A DNA stretch of 64,000 bases from Verrucomicrobiota bacterium (GTDB lineage: Bacteria; Verrucomicrobiota; Verrucomicrobiia; Limisphaerales; AAA164-E04), in NCBI GenBank assembly GCA_047947115.1, contig CP170459.1:1728001-1792000 (forward strand). The letters are read 5' to 3'. A program made the translations under genes and the position numbers. This document shows positions 60,610-64,000 of this stretch, piece by piece. A model generated the notes under the pieces. It saw nothing but the letters and a program-made list of their open reading frames with translations, had not been told where the DNA came from and searched no databases. Positions within the stretch are counted from its first letter, which is position 1, and each line of letters starts with the position of its first letter.

Positions 60610-60658
60610 TCGTTTTCTGGGAAAATACCAAATTTAGAATCAGGGTGTCAGTTAGATC

Positions 60659-61258
60659 ATGAAGCATTTGATGTATTGGTTAAGAGTTTCATTGTTTGTT
60701 TCCGTGTTGGCTGCGGGCGTCTTCTCTGTGGAGGTGGGCGGCCTGAACGTTCTGGCCGCAGATGCGGGCCACGGAGACCATCCGGCAACCGGAAGAAAGA
60801 TTCCTTCGCCCGGCCCGGATGATGTTGAAAAGTTCATCAAAGTTGATCGAGATGCCAAGCATGTCATCTTTCCACTTACGGCGACTTTCAATGACGCCAA
60901 TCATGGCATGAACTTCAATGGTCACTTCAAGGGGCGGGCTGTCTACACGGTTCCCAAAGGGTGGAAGGTCACATTCGAATTCAAAAACATGAGCCCTGTT
61001 CCGCATAGCGCGGTGGTGGTGGAAGCCTACATGGCGCGTAAACTCCAGGTCGGGGAACCTTACTTCGACGGAGCCTCCACGACGGATCCGTTGAAAGGGC
61101 TCAAGAAGGAAGAGAAATTTACCTTTGAAGTGGACGAAGCGGGCAAGTTTGCCGTTGCCTGTGGATTTCCCGCGCATTCCGCAAGTGGTCATTGGTTGTC
61201 CTTCAATGTCAGCAAGGACGCGGAGGTTCCCAGTATTGAATTCCCCATACGGCCCTGA
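60659..61258 (+). CDS. Sulfocyanin (SoxE)-like cupredoxin
   Basis: MNFNG, VP.GW.V...F.N....PHS, AG.F..ACGFPAH..SG.W..F.VS. Confidence 0.8.
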   Translation: MKHLMYWLRVSLFVSVLAAGVFSVEVGGLNVLAADAGHGDHPATGRKIPSPGPDDVEKFIKVDRDAKHVIFPLTATFNDANHGMNFNGHFKGRAVYTVPKGWKVTFEFKNMSPVPHSAVVVEAYMARKLQVGEPYFDGASTTDPLKGLKKEEKFTFEVDEAGKFAVACGFPAHSASGHWLSFNVSKDAEVPSIEFPIRP

Positions 61259-61271
61259 GGCTTCGCCTCTG

Positions 61272-61372
61272 GTAGGGCCCCGCTGCCGCGGGGCCGCGAG
61301 CGCGCAATGGATTTGGGAATGATAATGGCGGGATGCGGACACGTTGGCGGACGCTCGGCAGCGCATGCCTAC
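61272..61372. repeat. Inverted GTAG-REP doublet (third REP class)
   Basis: GTAGGGCCCCGCTGCCGCGGGGCC (+) and GTAGGCATGCGCTGCCGAGCGTCC (-), between convergent genes. Confidence 0.7.
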
Positions 61373-61388
61373 CGCGGCAGCCGCCGTT

Positions 61389-62285
61389 TTATTCACTTTC
61401 TCGCGATACGTGCGAGCCGCTCCACTGCATTTTTTGGCGAAGGGTGTTGAAGAATGCGTTCTCCGGAAGGTTTAACAGGTTGACCTGATCGGGTATGGAC
61501 TGGATTTGGATACGGTCATGGGGAGCGACATCGATCTGTTTTTGCCCGTCCGCTGTAAGCACTGTTTCCACATCACGGCTGAGGATGCTTACCTCGATGT
61601 TTGCCTGCATATCCACGATGACGGACCGGTTCGAAAGTGTATGTGGGCAGATGGGGGTGAGGGTAAACACTTTTGCGTTCGGGGAAACAATCGCTCCGCC
61701 GGCCGAGAGCGAGTAGGCGGTCGAGCCGGTCGGACTGCTGATGATGAATCCGTCACAACGAAAATGGGTCAATAATTGTCCGTCCACCCTTACTTCCAAC
61801 TCAATCATGCGGGAAGCCATGCCACGACTGATGACGATGTCGTTGACGGCGATGAGTTCCGTTGATGCATCTTGATTCACCACCGACCGGATGAACGGTC
61901 GTGTGTCATGAATGAGTTCTTCCTTCCAGACCCTTTCCAGCGTTGTTTCCAGAGCTTCGACCGGGGCAGCTGTCAGGAATCCAAGTCCACCGGTGTTGAT
62001 TCCCAAAAGCGGAATGGGGTTTCCCTGCAACGAGCGGGCCACGTGCAGCATGGTGCCGTCGCCGCCGAATACGATCAGGATATCTGATTGAGCTGCTGTT
62101 TCGCGGATGGCATCGACGCCTTCGGTACGGAAGGATTCGAGCGTTTGTGCCCTGTCAATGTGTACTACAGAGCGGCCAGTTCGTTCAATCAGCTCCCGCG
62201 CGGTGGCGATCGCAGATTTCCAAACGGGCTTCTCCGGGTTGGCCACAAGACCGATGCGGCTGAGGTTGAGTTTAGTGTTTTTCAA
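61389..62285 (-). CDS. nadK: NAD kinase
   Basis: GGDGTML, GINTGGLGFL, VND, DG....PTGSTAYSLSAGG, TPICPH. Confidence 0.95.
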   Translation of the reverse strand: MKNTKLNLSRIGLVANPEKPVWKSAIATARELIERTGRSVVHIDRAQTLESFRTEGVDAIRETAAQSDILIVFGGDGTMLHVARSLQGNPIPLLGINTGGLGFLTAAPVEALETTLERVWKEELIHDTRPFIRSVVNQDASTELIAVNDIVISRGMASRMIELEVRVDGQLLTHFRCDGFIISSPTGSTAYSLSAGGAIVSPNAKVFTLTPICPHTLSNRSVIVDMQANIEVSILSRDVETVLTADGQKQIDVAPHDRIQIQSIPDQVNLLNLPENAFFNTLRQKMQWSGSHVSRESE

Positions 62286-63015
62286 GCCAGACTAAAAATT
62301 CTTTGTTTCCTGCGGGGCCAAGTATGGGGGATTCAATCACGCCATGCCAGTCCAGAGGTAGTTCATTTGTGGCAAATGTTTGCAACGATTCGATGACCTG
62401 TTGGTGAATCTTTGAATCTGTGATCACACCACGTCCCTTATCGGCTTCTTCTTTGCCGGCTTCGAACTGGGGTTTGATCAGGGCCACGATGCTGCCGCCG
62501 GACTCGAGCAGATTCACGGCAGAAGGAAGAATGTGTTTGAGACTGATAAAAGAGCAGTCCACTGCAATCAGATCAACTGGCTCATCCAGTTGATCCTTCT
62601 TCAAGTGGCGTGCATTGGTTTTTTCCATAACCACCACTCGTTCATCGGTGCGGAGCTTCCAGGCCAACTGGCCTTGTCCGACATCAATGGCGAACACTTT
62701 CTTCACGCCGCGTTGGAGCAGGCAATCTGTAAATCCACCAGTGGAAGCTCCCAGATCGGCGGCAATCCTGCCACGCACATCCATGTCAAAGTGCGTCAGG
62801 GCGTGATCGAGTTTAAGTCCACCCCTGGAGACGAAAGGATCGGATTCCTTTAGACGAATGACCACATCGGGCTTGATCTGCTGTCCGGGTTTTGTGGCGG
62901 GTTGATCATTCAAAAGAACGAGTCCGGCCATGACCGCCCGTTTGGCGCGTTCGCGGCTTTCATAATGGCCGCGTTCCACCAGGACCTGATCCAGTCTTTT
63001 TCGTTGAGCGCTCAT
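62272..63015 (-). CDS. tlyA: TlyA family rRNA 2'-O-methyltransferase
   Basis: S4 domain RLD..LV.RG, VSRGG.KL, DLGASTGGFTD.LLQ.G, D.SFISL, LIKPQFE, GNKEFL. Confidence 0.95.
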   Translation of the reverse strand: MSAQRKRLDQVLVERGHYESRERAKRAVMAGLVLLNDQPATKPGQQIKPDVVIRLKESDPFVSRGGLKLDHALTHFDMDVRGRIAADLGASTGGFTDCLLQRGVKKVFAIDVGQGQLAWKLRTDERVVVMEKTNARHLKKDQLDEPVDLIAVDCSFISLKHILPSAVNLLESGGSIVALIKPQFEAGKEEADKGRGVITDSKIHQQVIESLQTFATNELPLDWHGVIESPILGPAGNKEFLVWLEKH

Positions 63016-63126
63016 GTGTTCGCTGTTCCGCGAGCTTAAAGATCCTGACGCTTTCGTGCAATGTATGGTTGTGAATATATCCTTTCATCCCCGGGCTGAG
63101 TTATGAGACGATGTCGGCACTTTTCC

Positions 63127-64000
63127 ATGAAAACGATTTCTCTTTTATTAGCGTTATTATGCTGCCTGGCTGGAGGCACGACTGTCCGTGGTGATCAGGC
63201 AAGGCCGAATGTTTTGTTGATTTGTGTGGATGACTTGCGGCCTGAACTCAACTGTTTCGGTCAATCCTACATCTACTCCCCGAATATCGATCGTCTAGCC
63301 GCTGCCGGGCGCATCTTTCGCAGTCATTATGTGCAGGCTCCAACTTGTGGCGCTTCCCGCAACACGCTGCTCACCGGCAGGTATGGCAGTGCCGGAAACG
63401 ATGCTCTGTTCCGGCGTGCCGCTGCCCTGAAGAAGCAGCCGGACTCTTATCCCCCGAGTATGCCTGAATGGTTTCGTCAACATGGATACACCACCGTTTC
63501 CGTTGGAAAAGTGTCGCATCATCCCGGCGGTTGGGGAGGGGAGGATTGGGATGACCTGACCCAGATCGAGATGCCCGGTGCCTGGTCCAGGCAGTTGCTT
63601 CCGTCCGGACCCTGGCAGCATCCGCGCGGATGGATGCATGGGCTTGCGAACGGGGAGATTCGCGTGAAAGCAGGAGATATGGATTTGTTCCAATCCGAAG
63701 AGGGATCGGATTCGATCTATCCGGATGGCATCTCGGTGGATGAAGCATTGCGGCAGATGGACAGCTTGGCCTCCGATGCGGACCATCCATTCTTTCTCGC
63801 CGTAGGTATCCTGCGACCTCACCTGCCGTTCGGGGCGCCCGCAAAATACATGACCCATTACAAAGATGCCGAGCTTCCGGCGACACTGCACCCATCCAAA
63901 CCGGAAGGGCGCACGACTTGGCATCGGTCCGGAGAATTCATGAAATACAATCGGTGGGGGCGCAATCCGAATGACGATGACACGTTTGCAGTGGAGGTGC
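63127..64000 (+). CDS. Sulfatase (iduronate-2-sulfatase-like), 3'-truncated by the window edge; absent from the ORF track
   Basis: Manual translation: [16 protein letters not shown] signal, [55 protein letters not shown]. Confidence 0.92.
   Translation, partial: MKTISLLLALLCCLAGGTTVRGDQARPNVLLICVDDLRPELNCFGQSYIYSPNIDRLAAAGRIFRSHYVQAPTCGASRNTLLTGRYGSAGNDALFRRAAALKKQPDSYPPSMPEWFRQHGYTTVSVGKVSHHPGGWGGEDWDDLTQIEMPGAWSRQLLPSGPWQHPRGWMHGLANGEIRVKAGDMDLFQSEEGSDSIYPDGISVDEALRQMDSLASDADHPFFLAVGILRPHLPFGAPAKYMTHYKDAELPATLHPSKPEGRTTWHRSGEFMKYNRWGRNPNDDDTFAVEV

Overview
Bacterial chromosomal window. Its gene content suggests a PVC-superphylum organism, most likely Verrucomicrobiota; this is an inference from the sulfatases, BNR sialidases, DUF1549/DUF1553-DUF1501 pair, CotH proteins and PQQ-like propellers. 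Most genes encode secreted or surface proteins, with a few housekeeping genes (UvrD/PcrA helicase, NAD kinase, TlyA). The strongest unexplained signal is a minus-strand redox operon at 33921-38022. It comprises a small Cys-tipped lipoprotein (DUF4266-like, split by an ISL3 element), a CxxC thioredoxin fused to an outer-membrane beta-barrel, and a paralogous secreted thioredoxin whose first active-site Cys codon is an in-frame UGA (W-U-G-T-C) followed by an fdhF-like SECIS hairpin, i.e. a selenoprotein that the ORF track split in two. Other highlights: a 187-bp x5 tandem array built from two GTAG-REP hairpins next to a vapBC module; an exact copy of one REP inside a coding sequence; six secreted proteins sharing an 'E/Q-x-S-x-D-L-x-x-W...F/Y-F/Y-R-L' terminal domain; a tandem paralog pair with near-identical ends and a diverged core; a membrane-fused ECF sigma factor; a circularly permuted tail-collar domain on a collagen stalk; and a sulfocyanin with His in place of the axial Met. 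Many genes carry single stops, frameshifts or truncations, which may be real decay or sequencing error. No rRNA, tRNA or CRISPR array was seen. Family names come from motif recognition only; no database searches were run.
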